A stretch of DNA of 64,000 nt from an uncultured Gammaproteobacteria bacterium. GTDB lineage: Bacteria > Patescibacteriota > Patescibacteriia > UBA9934 > GWF2-40-263. This document shows positions 1 through 10,351 of this stretch, one piece after another. The stretch's first letter is position 1. The number at the start of each line of letters is the position of its first letter. The notes under the pieces were generated by a model. The model had not been told where the DNA came from, searched no databases, and saw only the letters and a list, made by a program, of their open reading frames with translations. The translations under genes and the position numbers were made by a program. Location of the stretch: contig CAYOCD010000005.1 in assembly GCA_964402425.1 (NCBI GenBank), forward strand, positions 6,064 to 70,063, read 5' to 3'.

Positions 1-190
1 CGTCACCACACGCAGGTGAACCAACTTTTCCAATGGCATTATATTGTGTTTCATCCGCATTATTTTCCATGAAATTTTTTGGATGAAAAAAATGCTCTTT
101 CACAACATCTGTGTAGAACCAAGATTTGGTTTGATCATGAGAAGCGACGTCGCCTTGAGTACCCGCAACAGGTTCTTGTTTATGAGACAT
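1..190 (-). CDS. iscU: IscU/NifU-type Fe-S scaffold, N-terminal part (runs off the window edge)
   Basis: Manual translation MSHKQEPVAG...WFYTDVVKEHFFHPKNF...GKVGSPACGD matches the IscU Y-x-x-x-V-x-x-H-F-x-x-P-x-N and G-x-P-x-CGD motifs; lies directly downstream of iscS. Not in the ORF track. Confidence 0.9.
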   Translation of the reverse strand, partial: MSHKQEPVAGTQGDVASHDQTKSWFYTDVVKEHFFHPKNFMENNADETQYNAIGKVGSPACGD

Positions 191-194
191 AACG

Positions 195-1394
195 TTAGAG
201 CCAATATTTTTCATCCACACTTACGGGACTAATTGAACGAAGTGTTTGCACGAGAGGTGGAAGTGTTTTTAAGACGTAGTCGATATCAGCCTCTGTTGTT
301 GTGTGCCCAAGCGAGAAGCGCATGGAACCATGCGCAACCTCATAAGGAAATCCGAGAGCAAGAATCACATGAGACGGATCAAGAGATGCGGAAGTGCACG
401 CACTCCCGGTTGAAGCATAAATTCCAGCCGCATCAAGATACAAAAGAAGGGCTTCTCCTTCAATATCTATAAACGAAATATTTACATTGTTTGGTAAACG
501 ATGTGTACGATCACCATTCACGCGTGTGCGTGGAATAGATTCTAAAATGCCGTTTATAAGTTTATCGCGAAGTGGAATCAGTCGTATTGTCTCGGTATTT
601 TTTTCTTCTTGAACGATCTTGAACGCTTTTGCGAATCCGACGATCCCCGCAACATCTTCTGTTCCCGGTCTGAGACCACGCTCTTGCGCACCACCAAACA
701 TGAGAGGCTCGAGTTTGATTCCACGTTTCACATAAAGTAATCCTGTTCCTTTTGGTCCGTATATTTTTGGACTGTTCATGGTTAACATGTCGACATGCAA
801 CTTTTCTACGTTCATGTCGAGATACGCTGCCGCTTGGCATGCATCTGTGTGGAACACAAGATGCGGTAACTTATGTTCCTCGCGATATTTTTGAATCATG
901 TTTCCAATTTCTACAATGGGTTGAATCGTTCCAACTTCGTTATTGGCATACATGATCGAAACAAGAATTGTGTCTTCGGTCAATGCATCTTCGATCTGCT
1001 TCGGATCGATTATTCCCTCTTTACTTGGTTTCAAATACGTCACGCGAAATCCTTCTTTCTTTTCAAGACGAATGCAGGCTTCAAGCACCGCATGGTGTTC
1101 AAATGCGGTTGTGATGATGTGTGTACCGAACTGTTTGTTCATGCGCGCATAGCCAAGAATGGCGAGGTTGTCAGATTCTGTTCCGCCGGACGTAAACAAA
1201 AGTTCATCTGGACGAACATGTAAACAGTTCGCCATTGAAGCACGAGCTTCTCGTAATGCATCCGTCGCAACCTTTCCACGAGAATGAAAACTTGAAGGAT
1301 TGCCGTATTTATCTTTTAGGTACGGCAACATCACCTCCAAAACACGAGGATCAAGTGGGGTTGTTGCAGCGTGGTCAAGATAGATATCAGACAT
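195..1394 (-). CDS. iscS: Cysteine desulfurase (IscS/NifS family)
   Basis: IYLDHAATTP, FTSGGTESDN, PLP-lysine region SPKIYGPKG, catalytic loop STGSACTS; start set at MSDIYLD. Confidence 0.95.
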   Translation of the reverse strand: MSDIYLDHAATTPLDPRVLEVMLPYLKDKYGNPSSFHSRGKVATDALREARASMANCLHVRPDELLFTSGGTESDNLAILGYARMNKQFGTHIITTAFEHHAVLEACIRLEKKEGFRVTYLKPSKEGIIDPKQIEDALTEDTILVSIMYANNEVGTIQPIVEIGNMIQKYREEHKLPHLVFHTDACQAAAYLDMNVEKLHVDMLTMNSPKIYGPKGTGLLYVKRGIKLEPLMFGGAQERGLRPGTEDVAGIVGFAKAFKIVQEEKNTETIRLIPLRDKLINGILESIPRTRVNGDRTHRLPNNVNISFIDIEGEALLLYLDAAGIYASTGSACTSASLDPSHVILALGFPYEVAHGSMRFSLGHTTTEADIDYVLKTLPPLVQTLRSISPVSVDEKYWL

Positions 1395-1478
1395 AATGTT
1401 GAGAGAGTGTATCAAAAAAGCCGCTGAAAATCAACGGCTTTACCCTAAAGCGAAAACTCTTGGGTTTTTTTGCGTTGT

Positions 1479-2030
1479 TTATAACATGATAGGAACACCA
1501 AAGTTTTCACTAATGAATCTTCCGATCAGATATCCGATCAGTGCGGCTGAAAGGGAAACTATTACCATTTCAAATCCACTACGTACAAATGAACGTTTGG
1601 TAAAAATACCTGACCATGCTCCAACAATAAACAAAGATACAACAGTGAGAAGAATGGATGGTAAAAGTGCCCTAGAAATTGAGAGGAAAAAATACGGAGC
1701 AAGTGGGATAAACCCACCAAGAACATAAGAGACCCACATGACCAAAGCTCCACGAATGGGATGATTTTTAACATGGTGTTTTTTTCTTCCCTGTTCTTTC
1801 TCCCATTCATCTTCAGCCCCTTCTGCCGATCGAGAAGAAAGATAGCTTCCTGCGGCCATGGATGTACTTTCCGCCGCAATCAACACAAATCCGGAAAGAA
1901 TAACAACATATGTATTTTGTGTTCCCACAGCGATTCCTGTAATGGTTCCAAGAGTTGAAACGAGAGAATCTTCAAGACCAAACACAAGTTCGCGCATGGA
2001 TGAAAGAATAAAATGTCGAAACGATTTCAT
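1479..2030 (-). CDS. VIT1/CCC1 family iron/manganese transporter
   Basis: RELVFGLEDSLVS, AESTSMAAGSYLS and GGFIPLAPY motifs with several TM segments; start trimmed to MKSFRHF because the longer ORF overlaps tRNA-Cys. Confidence 0.85.
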   Translation of the reverse strand: MKSFRHFILSSMRELVFGLEDSLVSTLGTITGIAVGTQNTYVVILSGFVLIAAESTSMAAGSYLSSRSAEGAEDEWEKEQGRKKHHVKNHPIRGALVMWVSYVLGGFIPLAPYFFLSISRALLPSILLTVVSLFIVGAWSGIFTKRSFVRSGFEMVIVSLSAALIGYLIGRFISENFGVPIML

Positions 2031-2194
2031 ACGTATTAAAACAAAAAAATTGATCAAACTTACCTCATCTAAGTTAACAAAACATTTTAAAAGCTGAACC
2101 TTGAAAAAGGTTTGAAACATTTGTCTAAACGCTAGTATACCCGAACTCTTGATTCTCGAGAAAGAATTTGATACATTTCCATCGTCTTCAATTT

Positions 2195-2270
2195 GGCCTG
2201 ATGGCGAAGTGGTTAACGCGGCGGTCTGCAAAACCGCTATGCGAGGGTTCAACCCCCTCTCAGGCCTCCA
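2195..2270 (+). tRNA. tRNA-Cys(GCA)
   Basis: Acceptor stem GGCCTGA/TCAGGCC, anticodon arm GCGGT-CTGCAAA-ACCGC, GGTTCAAC T-loop, encoded CCA. Confidence 0.95.
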
Positions 2271-2329
2271 CCCTCTGACGCAACAAACAGATATTTGTTG
2301 AATCGAATGGTGGATTTTAGGAGGTATTC

Positions 2330-2530
2330 GTGTCGTTCTTTCTGTTTCTTCTATTCGGGGGATTATCGATCGTTTCTTATTATACAGAATGGCCACTATG
2401 GCTCACCATTACGTTTGCAATCCTGTCTGCTCTCTCACTTCTCTTCTTTCTTGCAAAAAGCCGCGTACATGGAGACATCCTTACTGATGCAACCGACTCA
2501 ATCCCTGATTTTATCGACTTTGATGACTAA
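2330..2530 (+). CDS. Small two-TM membrane protein with acidic tail
   Basis: AGGAGG upstream of GTG; two hydrophobic segments followed by a D-rich C-terminus. Confidence 0.55.
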   Translation: MSFFLFLLFGGLSIVSYYTEWPLWLTITFAILSALSLLFFLAKSRVHGDILTDATDSIPDFIDFDD

Positions 2531-2552
2531 CTCGCAATGGGCGAGTTTTTTT

Positions 2553-2594
2553 AAAACAAAAACACCCGAGCATGTGCTCGAGTGTTTTTGTTTT
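2553..2594. terminator. Bidirectional intrinsic terminator
   Basis: AAAACAAAAACACCCGAGC-ATGT-GCTCGAGTGTTTTTGTTTT between convergent genes. Confidence 0.75.
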
Positions 2595-3252
2595 AAAAGA
2601 CTTCAACGGTTGCGTATTTTAATCCAAACTTTCTTGCTTCTTTAATATCCTTCATCCAAAAATCCATACGCTTATCATATCGGGCGTTCATACGGTCTTG
2701 AACCGTAAAGATGCGGTCGCCGTATAATTCAGGAATACGCACACGCGTTCCAAGTGGCAAAAAATTTGCCGCAACAACGTCTTCCTGATTGCGTTCACAA
2801 ACATTCATTCCTGATGCTGTAATACAAGGAGTATCATCGGTCTGTGCAGGATCTGACGTGTAAGCCGTCATTGGAATGGTGAACGTTTTGCGAGGACGAA
2901 TATCTTCAGAAACAGGAAGATTACCGTAAGGTTTTGTTTTGTTTTCCATCTCATTAATCATGAGAGCGACGGTTTTATGTTGCGTGGCTTGTTGACTGGG
3001 CGCCATATCCGCATTTGCCATTGCTGGAAAAAAAACATAAGAACCAATCATAACAACAAAGGCAACCACAGAGACATCAAAGGTGTGCTTTCGCACAAAA
3101 ACGATCTTTTGTGTCAATCTCATCAAGAAATTGGATGCGTAAAAAGCAACTGTTCGCACATATCCAAAATCGTTATCCCAAATAAAAGAGATTGTTTTGT
3201 TGATGTTCTTTTGAATTGTGTTTAAATCCTTTGTTAAGCGTTTATTTGTCAT
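2593..3252 (-). CDS. 3D-domain (MltA/RlpA-like) cell wall protein with N-terminal TM anchor
   Basis: TAYTSDPAQTDDTPCITASG, VVAANFLPLGTRVRIP and VQDRM...RMDFW are typical 3D-domain motifs. Confidence 0.85.
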   Translation of the reverse strand: MTNKRLTKDLNTIQKNINKTISFIWDNDFGYVRTVAFYASNFLMRLTQKIVFVRKHTFDVSVVAFVVMIGSYVFFPAMANADMAPSQQATQHKTVALMINEMENKTKPYGNLPVSEDIRPRKTFTIPMTAYTSDPAQTDDTPCITASGMNVCERNQEDVVAANFLPLGTRVRIPELYGDRIFTVQDRMNARYDKRMDFWMKDIKEARKFGLKYATVEVF

Positions 3253-3482
3253 ACCCGACGCTTCCTTCCTCCTACAGAAGATGCATTGGGCAGGGCAAAT
3301 ATCTTTTCATCAAAAAACCCTGTTTCCAGAGTGGCACAATCGTACCATAAAAACGGGATTTTGTCAATGGTTTTAGGAGGGTAGCAACTCTTTTTTTCGC
3401 TCAACAAAGCAAAAGTGGCCTTGTGGATGCCTTGTGGATTTTTTTGTAAAATTTGGGGAAATCGGGTATTCTAGACCTACTT

Positions 3483-6446
3483 ATGTCACAACACATTTAT
3501 AATAAACAAAGCTGGAAAAAATCAGGTCGCCCCCTCTCTGTTCCTCGTAAAATTTGGGAGACTTTCAGAAAAACGGCCATTGGAAAAAATCTTTGGCTTA
3601 TTTTTCTTTTTTTTGTCATTTTAGGATCTCTTTTTGCTCTCGGTCTCTTTGCTCTTGCAAGTCGCAATCTTCCAAGTCCAAGCAGCTTAACAGAAAGAAG
3701 AGTCTCACAAACAACTAAAATTTACGACCGTACAGGCGAACATTTATTATATGAAATTGCTGGAAATGAAAATCGCACGCTTAAACAATTTCAGTCCGGG
3801 TTTTGTGAACCAAATAATACAAACCTCTCATTAGATCCAAAAGGGATTCCTCTTTACGCGGTTCAAGCAACGATCGCTGCAGAAGATCGAAAATTTTGTG
3901 AACATGGTGGTTTTGACGTCAAAGGACTTGCGCGCGCCGTCTTTTTAAACCTGATTGGTCAACGCGTTGGTGGATCCACTCTTACACAACAACTTGTTAA
4001 AAATGCCATTCTTTCAAACGAAAAAACATATACACGTAAAATCAAAGAATTAATTCTTTCAATTGGACTTGAACAAAAGTATTCCAAAGATGAAATTCTC
4101 CAAATTTATTTCAATGAAATTCCTTATGGTTCAAGTTATTATGGAATTGAAGCCGCATCGCAAAACTTTTTTGGAAAATCCGTAAACGAATTATCTGTTG
4201 CGGAAGCCGCAACGCTTGCCGCCCTCCCAAAAGCCCCAACAACATATTTAAACAATCCAGACATGCTTCAAGCGCGTCGTAATTATATTTTAGGAGAAAT
4301 GCAAAAACTTGGTTTCATTGATAAAACAACTGTCGATTCTGCAAAATCTGCAGATACAGCTGTAAATATTCGCTTAACAAATATTACAGCTCCGCATTTT
4401 GTCATGGATGTAAAAGCAAAGCTGGAAGAAGATTATGGGAGACGCCATGTTGAAGAAGGAGGACTTCGTGTTATTACAACATTAGATTATGAACTCCAAA
4501 AAATCGCAGAAGAAGAAGTGAAAAATGGAGTTGAGGCCCGATCAGAACAATATGGATTTTCCAATGCATCCCTTGTTGCACAAGATCCAAAAACAGGACA
4601 AATCTTGGCTCTTGTGGGTTCGAAAGATTTCTTTGATAAAACAATTGATGGGCAAGTAAATGTTTCAACACGTCTTAGACAACCTGGTTCAAGTTTCAAA
4701 CCAATCGTTTTTGCAAAAGCTTTTGAACAAGGCTATACCCCAAATACCGTTCTTTGGGATGTCACAACAAACTTTCCAACAGATGTAGGTCAATACACCC
4801 CGAACAACTATGACTTAAAGGAACGCGGACCAATCATGATGAGAGACGCACTTCAAATGTCTCTTAATATTCCTGCTGTAAAAACAGTTTATCTGGTTGG
4901 TGTGGAACAGACTCTCGATTTTGCAACATCGCTTGGATATAGTTCATTTTCAAATCATGCCAATTTCGGTTTATCTATTGTTCTTGGAGGTGGAGAAGTA
5001 AAACTTGTTGAACATGTAAATACATATGCAACTTTTGCGAATGATGGAAAATTACATGAACAAGTATCGATTTTGAGAGTAGAAGATGCAAATGGAAGTA
5101 TTCTTTCTGAATGGAAACAAAAAGATCCAAAACAAGTTATAAGTGAAAATGCGGCACACATGATTTCAAATGTCTTGTCAGATAACAATGCTCGCGTTCC
5201 CGTTTTTGGTGCAAAAAGTTCCTTACAACTTGGTGATAGACCTGTCGCAGCAAAGTCTGGAACAACGAATGATTATCACGATGCATGGCTTATGGGATAT
5301 ACCCCCTCACTCGCAGCGGGTGTGTGGGTCGGAAATAATAATAACAAAGCCATGAAAAACAGAGCGGATGGATCTATTGTTGCAGGACCTATTTGGAATG
5401 CATTCATGAAACGTGCTCATGAAAAAACCCCAAATACAGCATTTCCAACCCCAGACATTCACCCAACAGGAAAACCCGTTCTTGATGGCTCTCTTGGAGC
5501 ACAAACACTTATTATTGATCGTGCTTCTCAAAAACTTGCTACTGAATTTACACCTGACACCTATAAAGAATCACGTGTGTATGGTGGATATCACGAAATT
5601 TTACATTTTGTTACCCCCTCAGAACCACAAGGATCTATTCCAGAAAAACCAGAAAATGATCCACACTATGCAGCCTGGGAAGCAGGCTTACAGACATGGC
5701 TTCAAAAACGACAACAAGAAACCGGAATACAACTCATCACAACAAACCCACCAACAGAACAAGATGATCTTCACATTCCATCGAACACACCAACTATTCA
5801 TATTCAATCCCCCATCAATAACACAATTATTAATAACTATTCACTCCCTGTTTCTCTCACAGCTTCTGCCCCACGAGGTATTTCGCATGTGGAATACTAC
5901 ATCGATGAATACTTTATCGGCTCCGTGCGTAATGGATTATTTGATACAGTTCTTACCATTCCAAACACCATTCCAAAAGGAATACACTCACTAAAAGCTG
6001 TTGCTTATGATGATATCGATAACAGTGCCTCAGATGTTGTCAGTATTCAAATAGAAGCAGAAACGCAAGAAAACATCCTCAGCCTTATTGATCCAAAAAA
6101 CGGTCAGATCATTGAAAAAACTTCTGGCTCCTATACCGTTGTTACAACCTTGAAAAATCCGCAAAGTATTTCAGCCGTCACCATCTTTGCAGAACAAGTT
6201 GGAACACAAACAAAAACAATCATCGGACACTTCACAGATCCAACATCTCCATTTGTAACAACTGAGTGGAATATTCCAAGTTCTGGTAAATGGGTTTTAT
6301 CTGCAACAGCTCAATCTAAATCCATTCCAGAAGTATTTACGACAGGTGGAAACGTCATAGAAATCAGAGGCTCTTTTTCTTCAGTACCTTCTAATACGTC
6401 AGAGATTTTTAAACCATCTCATTCACTTGATCCGTTCACACAATAA
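3483..6446 (+). CDS. Class A penicillin-binding protein (PBP1A family) with C-terminal Ig-like domains
   Basis: Transglycosylase motifs EDRKF.EHGG, GGSTLTQQLVKN, RKIKE; transpeptidase GSSFKP, SLN, KSGT; C-terminal beta-rich extension. Confidence 0.95.
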   Translation: MSQHIYNKQSWKKSGRPLSVPRKIWETFRKTAIGKNLWLIFLFFVILGSLFALGLFALASRNLPSPSSLTERRVSQTTKIYDRTGEHLLYEIAGNENRTLKQFQSGFCEPNNTNLSLDPKGIPLYAVQATIAAEDRKFCEHGGFDVKGLARAVFLNLIGQRVGGSTLTQQLVKNAILSNEKTYTRKIKELILSIGLEQKYSKDEILQIYFNEIPYGSSYYGIEAASQNFFGKSVNELSVAEAATLAALPKAPTTYLNNPDMLQARRNYILGEMQKLGFIDKTTVDSAKSADTAVNIRLTNITAPHFVMDVKAKLEEDYGRRHVEEGGLRVITTLDYELQKIAEEEVKNGVEARSEQYGFSNASLVAQDPKTGQILALVGSKDFFDKTIDGQVNVSTRLRQPGSSFKPIVFAKAFEQGYTPNTVLWDVTTNFPTDVGQYTPNNYDLKERGPIMMRDALQMSLNIPAVKTVYLVGVEQTLDFATSLGYSSFSNHANFGLSIVLGGGEVKLVEHVNTYATFANDGKLHEQVSILRVEDANGSILSEWKQKDPKQVISENAAHMISNVLSDNNARVPVFGAKSSLQLGDRPVAAKSGTTNDYHDAWLMGYTPSLAAGVWVGNNNNKAMKNRADGSIVAGPIWNAFMKRAHEKTPNTAFPTPDIHPTGKPVLDGSLGAQTLIIDRASQKLATEFTPDTYKESRVYGGYHEILHFVTPSEPQGSIPEKPENDPHYAAWEAGLQTWLQKRQQETGIQLITTNPPTEQDDLHIPSNTPTIHIQSPINNTIINNYSLPVSLTASAPRGISHVEYYIDEYFIGSVRNGLFDTVLTIPNTIPKGIHSLKAVAYDDIDNSASDVVSIQIEAETQENILSLIDPKNGQIIEKTSGSYTVVTTLKNPQSISAVTIFAEQVGTQTKTIIGHFTDPTSPFVTTEWNIPSSGKWVLSATAQSKSIPEVFTTGGNVIEIRGSFSSVPSNTSEIFKPSHSLDPFTQ

Positions 6447-6447
6447 A

Positions 6448-6483
6448 TAAAAAAACAGTCTCGACGTTCGAGACTGTTTTTTT
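6448..6483. terminator. Bidirectional terminator between PBP and dnaN
   Basis: A-tract, CAGTCTCGA-CGT-TCGAGACTG, T-tract. Confidence 0.8.
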
Positions 6484-6485
6484 AT

Positions 6486-7622
6486 TTATTGCTTGATAGG
6501 CATCACAATATATCGATGTTCGTTTGGCTTGTCTTTTGTTGTAAGAAGACAAGGGTTTGATGCATCAATCATTTGAAACAAGATTTGATCTCCGGACATA
6601 GATTGGAGACCATCTAAAAGATAGCGGAAATTAACCGTTACCGAATTATTCACGCCGGAAATATCTGCATCACATGTTGTTGTATTTTCTCCACGATTTA
6701 CATCAAGCGCCTGAACACTGACACGCTTATCTGAAGGTGAAAATAAGAGTGTTACATCAAACAATCCATTTTTTGAAAAAAGACTTGCTGTTTTTACAGC
6801 CTTTAAGAAATCATCACGATCAACCGTTGCTTGAGTCTGAAATTGTTTTGGAATGATTTGTTCGTAATCAGGATAATTTTCTTCAATCGTTCTTGAAACA
6901 AGCTCAACTGGGCCATACATGAATACAACCTGATTTTGTTTTACTTGCATGGTTATATAGGAAGGTAAATCAACCCCATCACGGAACACAGATAAAATAC
7001 GACTTACTTCTGAAAGTGTTTTTGCTGGAATAACCACACGAAAGTCTTGGACAGGACCACTTGTTACCGGAATTGTCTTCTCAGACAATCGATATGAATC
7101 GGTCGTTGCAAGAGTCAATCTCATCTCTTGCTGAAAGGGGTAAAAATGCATCAGGACACCTGTAAGTTCTGGACGTGACTCATTCGTTGCAACAGAAAAC
7201 AAAACCTGTGAAAGAGCAGTTTTTAAATCATCGATTGGAATCTGAAAACTCATTTCACCCTCCACTTTTGGAACAAGCGGAAAATCCGCTGCGTTCATTC
7301 CATGTATTTTTGTTTTGTGTCCTCCACACTCCACAAGAACTTGATCGCCATTTGTTTCAAGATGAATAACTTCATTTGGAAGCAAGGAAACGTAATCAAA
7401 AAACAATTTAGAAGGGATTGTAAATTCCCCTTGCTCATCAATTTTTCCTCGAACAGAACAGTTAATAGCAATTTCAAGATTTGTTGCGGTAAATCGCACA
7501 ATTCCTCCGTCCGCTTTTACGAGAACGTTTTGAAGAATAGGAAGATTCACATTTTTTGTCACTAAGTGACTTGTGATACTTAATCCTTGATGGAGGTTTT
7601 CTTGTGTGCAGGAAATCTTCAT
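6486..7622 (-). CDS. dnaN: DNA polymerase III beta clamp
   Basis: PILQNVL, ATNLEIAI, SRPELTGV, ATTDSYRL, YPDYEQIIP, YIVMPIK; adjacent to dnaA. Confidence 0.97.
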   Translation of the reverse strand: MKISCTQENLHQGLSITSHLVTKNVNLPILQNVLVKADGGIVRFTATNLEIAINCSVRGKIDEQGEFTIPSKLFFDYVSLLPNEVIHLETNGDQVLVECGGHKTKIHGMNAADFPLVPKVEGEMSFQIPIDDLKTALSQVLFSVATNESRPELTGVLMHFYPFQQEMRLTLATTDSYRLSEKTIPVTSGPVQDFRVVIPAKTLSEVSRILSVFRDGVDLPSYITMQVKQNQVVFMYGPVELVSRTIEENYPDYEQIIPKQFQTQATVDRDDFLKAVKTASLFSKNGLFDVTLLFSPSDKRVSVQALDVNRGENTTTCDADISGVNNSVTVNFRYLLDGLQSMSGDQILFQMIDASNPCLLTTKDKPNEHRYIVMPIKQ

Positions 7623-7659
7623 AGGTTTTAGTTCTTTGGTTTAGAAAAAGAACTAAAGA

Positions 7660-7868
7660 TAATGATAAGGGTGTGGATGAACTGTATAACTTTCTATTAA
7701 GCACTGTGTTAAGCAATTTTTTCGGAAAATTTCTTGTGGATGATTGTTGTGGAAAGGTGTGTGTAAAAATGTGGATAGAAATTTTACACAATTGACCTTC
7801 TTTTTGTCCCTCTTTTTTCCACAATGTTATCCAAATGGTTATCCATTTTTTACACACAAGGATAACAT
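7660..7868. promoter_or_regulatory. Putative oriC: DnaA-box cluster between dnaA and dnaN
   Basis: About ten near-consensus DnaA boxes: TGTGGATGA 7672 and 7735, TGTGGAAAG 7748, TGTGTAAAA 7760, TGTGGATAG 7770, TTTTACACA 7782 and 7848, TTTTCCACA 7815, TTATCCAAA 7827, TTATCCATT 7839. Confidence 0.85.
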
Positions 7869-7872
7869 GTGA

Positions 7873-9288
7873 TTACGTTGTGTATAAACGTTGTTTAATA
7901 AGCTCAAGATCGTGTTGAAGTTTTTCGTCTCCTGTTAAACACTCCGAAATTTTTTCATACGCATGCATGGCTGTTGTGTGATCGCGTCCACCAAGCTCGT
8001 TTCCAATCGAAGGATAACTCGATTTCATCTCTTCTCGCATAAGATACATGATGATTTGTCTTGGAAACGCGAGTTTTTTCTCTCGGCTCTTTCCCAATAA
8101 ATCTTCTATACGAATATCAAAATAGATGGAAACTGTATGAATCAGTTGTTTTGGTGTGATGTTCTTTTTGAGAGAGGATGGTTGGAAACTGGTAAGAATT
8201 GGTTTGACAGTATCGAGTGTTGGACGAACATTTTTGAATTGGTGAAATGCAATCACTTTGTTTAATGCACCTTCGAGTTCTCGAACGTTTGTTTGTACAA
8301 TAGAAGCAATATGATTGAGAATATCATGTTCAATTTGATACACCTTTTCTCTACATTTTGACTCCAAAATTGCAACACGTGTTTCAAAATCTGGCGAACC
8401 AACATCTGCCATCATTCCCTGTTCAAGACGAGAAGAAAGACGTGCTTCAAGGGATGGGATCGCTTTTGGAGGACGATCTGAAGAAAAAACAAGTTGTTTA
8501 TTGTTTTGGAACAGTTGATTGAATGTATGAAAAAACTCTTCCTGTGTACTCTCTTTTCCTCCAAGAAATTGAATATCATCAATAAGAAGTGTATCAACCA
8601 TGCGATATCGATTCTTAAAATCATTCATTTTACCTGTGCGAAGGGCAGATACGTAATCATTTGTGAAGCGTTCACAAGTAATATAAAGGATACGAAGATT
8701 AGGGTTTTTCCGTAAAAGTTCGTTTCCAATTGCTTGAAGCAAGTGTGTTTTTCCAAGTCCTACACCTCCATAAATATAAAGAGGATTATAAACTCCACCC
8801 GGTTGACTGGATACAGCTTGCGCAGCTGCATGAGCAAGTTCATTTTGTTTTCCAACGATAAATGTTTCAAAACAATATTTTCCGTTTAATGAAAATTCAC
8901 CTGTTCGATTTTCTTGGATTTCTGATGGTTGTTCCGTAAAAAAATCTTTCGGTGTTTGTACTGGTGGCTCTTGTTGTTGAATGAAAACAGGTTGTGGTTC
9001 TGTTTTTCCTACAACAGGAACATTTTGAGCAGGAATTTGTCGTGTTTCAACACGAAAAGCAACATGTTTGATGTTTCCTCCTGTATGTTCTTGAACAGAC
9101 TTAATAATTTCACGTGCATGCTTCTTTTCAAGCCATGTAAGCGTAAACATGTTTGGAACACCAATCGTAAGAGAGTGTTCTGTTATTTCAGAAATAAATG
9201 TGCTTTTGAACCAAGTCGTGAAATTAGCTTTACTCAGTGACAATTCAAGTTCACCAAGAACAGCTTGCCAGAGTTCGATCGTGTTCAT
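7873..9288 (-). CDS. dnaA: Chromosomal replication initiator DnaA
   Basis: YNPLYIYGGVGLGKTHL Walker A, LLIDDIQF, QEEFFHTFN, NVRELEGAL, GGRDHTT. Confidence 0.99.
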   Translation of the reverse strand: MNTIELWQAVLGELELSLSKANFTTWFKSTFISEITEHSLTIGVPNMFTLTWLEKKHAREIIKSVQEHTGGNIKHVAFRVETRQIPAQNVPVVGKTEPQPVFIQQQEPPVQTPKDFFTEQPSEIQENRTGEFSLNGKYCFETFIVGKQNELAHAAAQAVSSQPGGVYNPLYIYGGVGLGKTHLLQAIGNELLRKNPNLRILYITCERFTNDYVSALRTGKMNDFKNRYRMVDTLLIDDIQFLGGKESTQEEFFHTFNQLFQNNKQLVFSSDRPPKAIPSLEARLSSRLEQGMMADVGSPDFETRVAILESKCREKVYQIEHDILNHIASIVQTNVRELEGALNKVIAFHQFKNVRPTLDTVKPILTSFQPSSLKKNITPKQLIHTVSIYFDIRIEDLLGKSREKKLAFPRQIIMYLMREEMKSSYPSIGNELGGRDHTTAMHAYEKISECLTGDEKLQHDLELIKQRLYTT

Positions 9289-9340
9289 AACGACAATTTA
9301 TGAGAAAAAACAATTGAAATACACAGATGAAGGAGTTTGA

Positions 9341-9419
9341 TGTGGACTAGTGTAACTATTTATCCACAAGTGAGCAAGAGTGAGAATTGTTTGTAAAGCT
9401 CTTGATAAGTTGTGGATAG
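9341..9419. promoter_or_regulatory. DnaA boxes in the dnaA/rpmH divergent promoter region
   Basis: Perfect TTATCCACA at 9360-9368, TGTGGATAG at 9411, TGTGGACTA at 9341. Confidence 0.7.
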
Positions 9420-9524
9420 CATGTTAGTATCTGTGTACTTGTCCTGGCTAGCCACCTATTGCTTTATTAGGTATAAAGCTGGTCAGAGAAACCTGTTTAT
9501 CTTCAAAAGATTAATGTCGATTCT

Positions 9525-9677
9525 ATGCCAAAGCGCACCCACCAACCAAAGAAGCTTAAACGCGTAAGAACACACGGTTTTCTTAAGCGAATGAGCACAA
9601 AAAACGGCCGAGAAGTTATTGCTCGTCGTCGTGCAAAAGGCCGCAAACGCCTTGCTCCAAAAGCAACAAGTAAATAA
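9525..9677 (+). CDS. rpmH: 50S ribosomal protein L34
   Basis: Manual translation [43 protein letters not shown]; below the ORF-track length cutoff. Confidence 0.97.
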   Translation: MPKRTHQPKKLKRVRTHGFLKRMSTKNGREVIARRRAKGRKRLAPKATSK

Positions 9678-9683
9678 ACCCCT

Positions 9684-10022
9684 GTGTTTCCTTCCGTAAA
9701 TCGCTTACGAAATGAAAAAGATATCAAAACACTCTTCTCAAAAGGTAAGAGTGTTTTTGATGTCACGCTCGGCATCCGTTTTGCACCAAATAACCTTCCA
9801 ATTACACGTTTTACCGTTGTTGTCGGGACAAAAATCTCGAAACGGGCTGTGGTTCGAAACAAAATAAAGCGAAGAATACGTGGTATCGTTGAAAAGCGGC
9901 TCCTTGAGATCAAACCAGGGTTTGATGTACTATTCCTTGTAAAGAAGGAAACCATCGAACAAACACATAAACAGCTTGTTGAGCAGATTGAACGCATGTT
10001 TAAACGAGCAAAACTCGTATGA
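9684..10022 (+). CDS. rnpA: RNase P protein component
   Basis: [20 protein letters not shown] (RNR-type motif); follows rpmH. Confidence 0.95.
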   Translation: MFPSVNRLRNEKDIKTLFSKGKSVFDVTLGIRFAPNNLPITRFTVVVGTKISKRAVVRNKIKRRIRGIVEKRLLEIKPGFDVLFLVKKETIEQTHKQLVEQIERMFKRAKLV

Positions 10023-10294
10023 AATTCCGATTTTGGATTCTACCAAGTTTGATCGTTCTTCTCGTAATTCGGATTTATCAGAAGACCTTGTCTTTTGACC
10101 ATGGTCTCATGAAGTTGTTTTACCCCAATGGGTATTGTCGATTTTATCCAACCTGTTCAGAGTACGGATATAGAGCAATCGAGAAATACGGCCTTATAAA
10201 AGGTGGATGGCTCACCGTGCGACGCATCCTTCGATGTAATCCGTTTAATAAAGGGGGAATCGACGAGGTTCCTGAACAAAAACACAGACATTAA
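10019..10294 (+). CDS. yidD: Membrane protein insertion efficiency factor
   Basis: [10 protein letters not shown]...RILRCNPF motif; canonical position after rnpA. Confidence 0.95.
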   Translation: MKFRFWILPSLIVLLVIRIYQKTLSFDHGLMKLFYPNGYCRFYPTCSEYGYRAIEKYGLIKGGWLTVRRILRCNPFNKGGIDEVPEQKHRH

Positions 10295-10351
10295 AGTCTG
10301 TGTTTTTGTTATCCACAGACAAAAGTCTTATGTGGATAATGTGTTGATGAA

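Noticed and set aside
2031-2396. N-terminal extension of the 305-aa ORF
   Set aside because: It runs antisense through tRNA-Cys; VIT1 similarity begins at MKSFRHF.
9503-9997. 164-aa minus-strand ORF and many similar short overlapping ORFs
   Set aside because: Antisense or off-frame shadows of well-supported genes (here rpmH and rnpA).
10295-10351. Absence of yidC after yidD, and of recF/gyrB after dnaN
   Set aside because: Rearrangement of the origin cluster is common and the genes may lie elsewhere; not assessable from this window.
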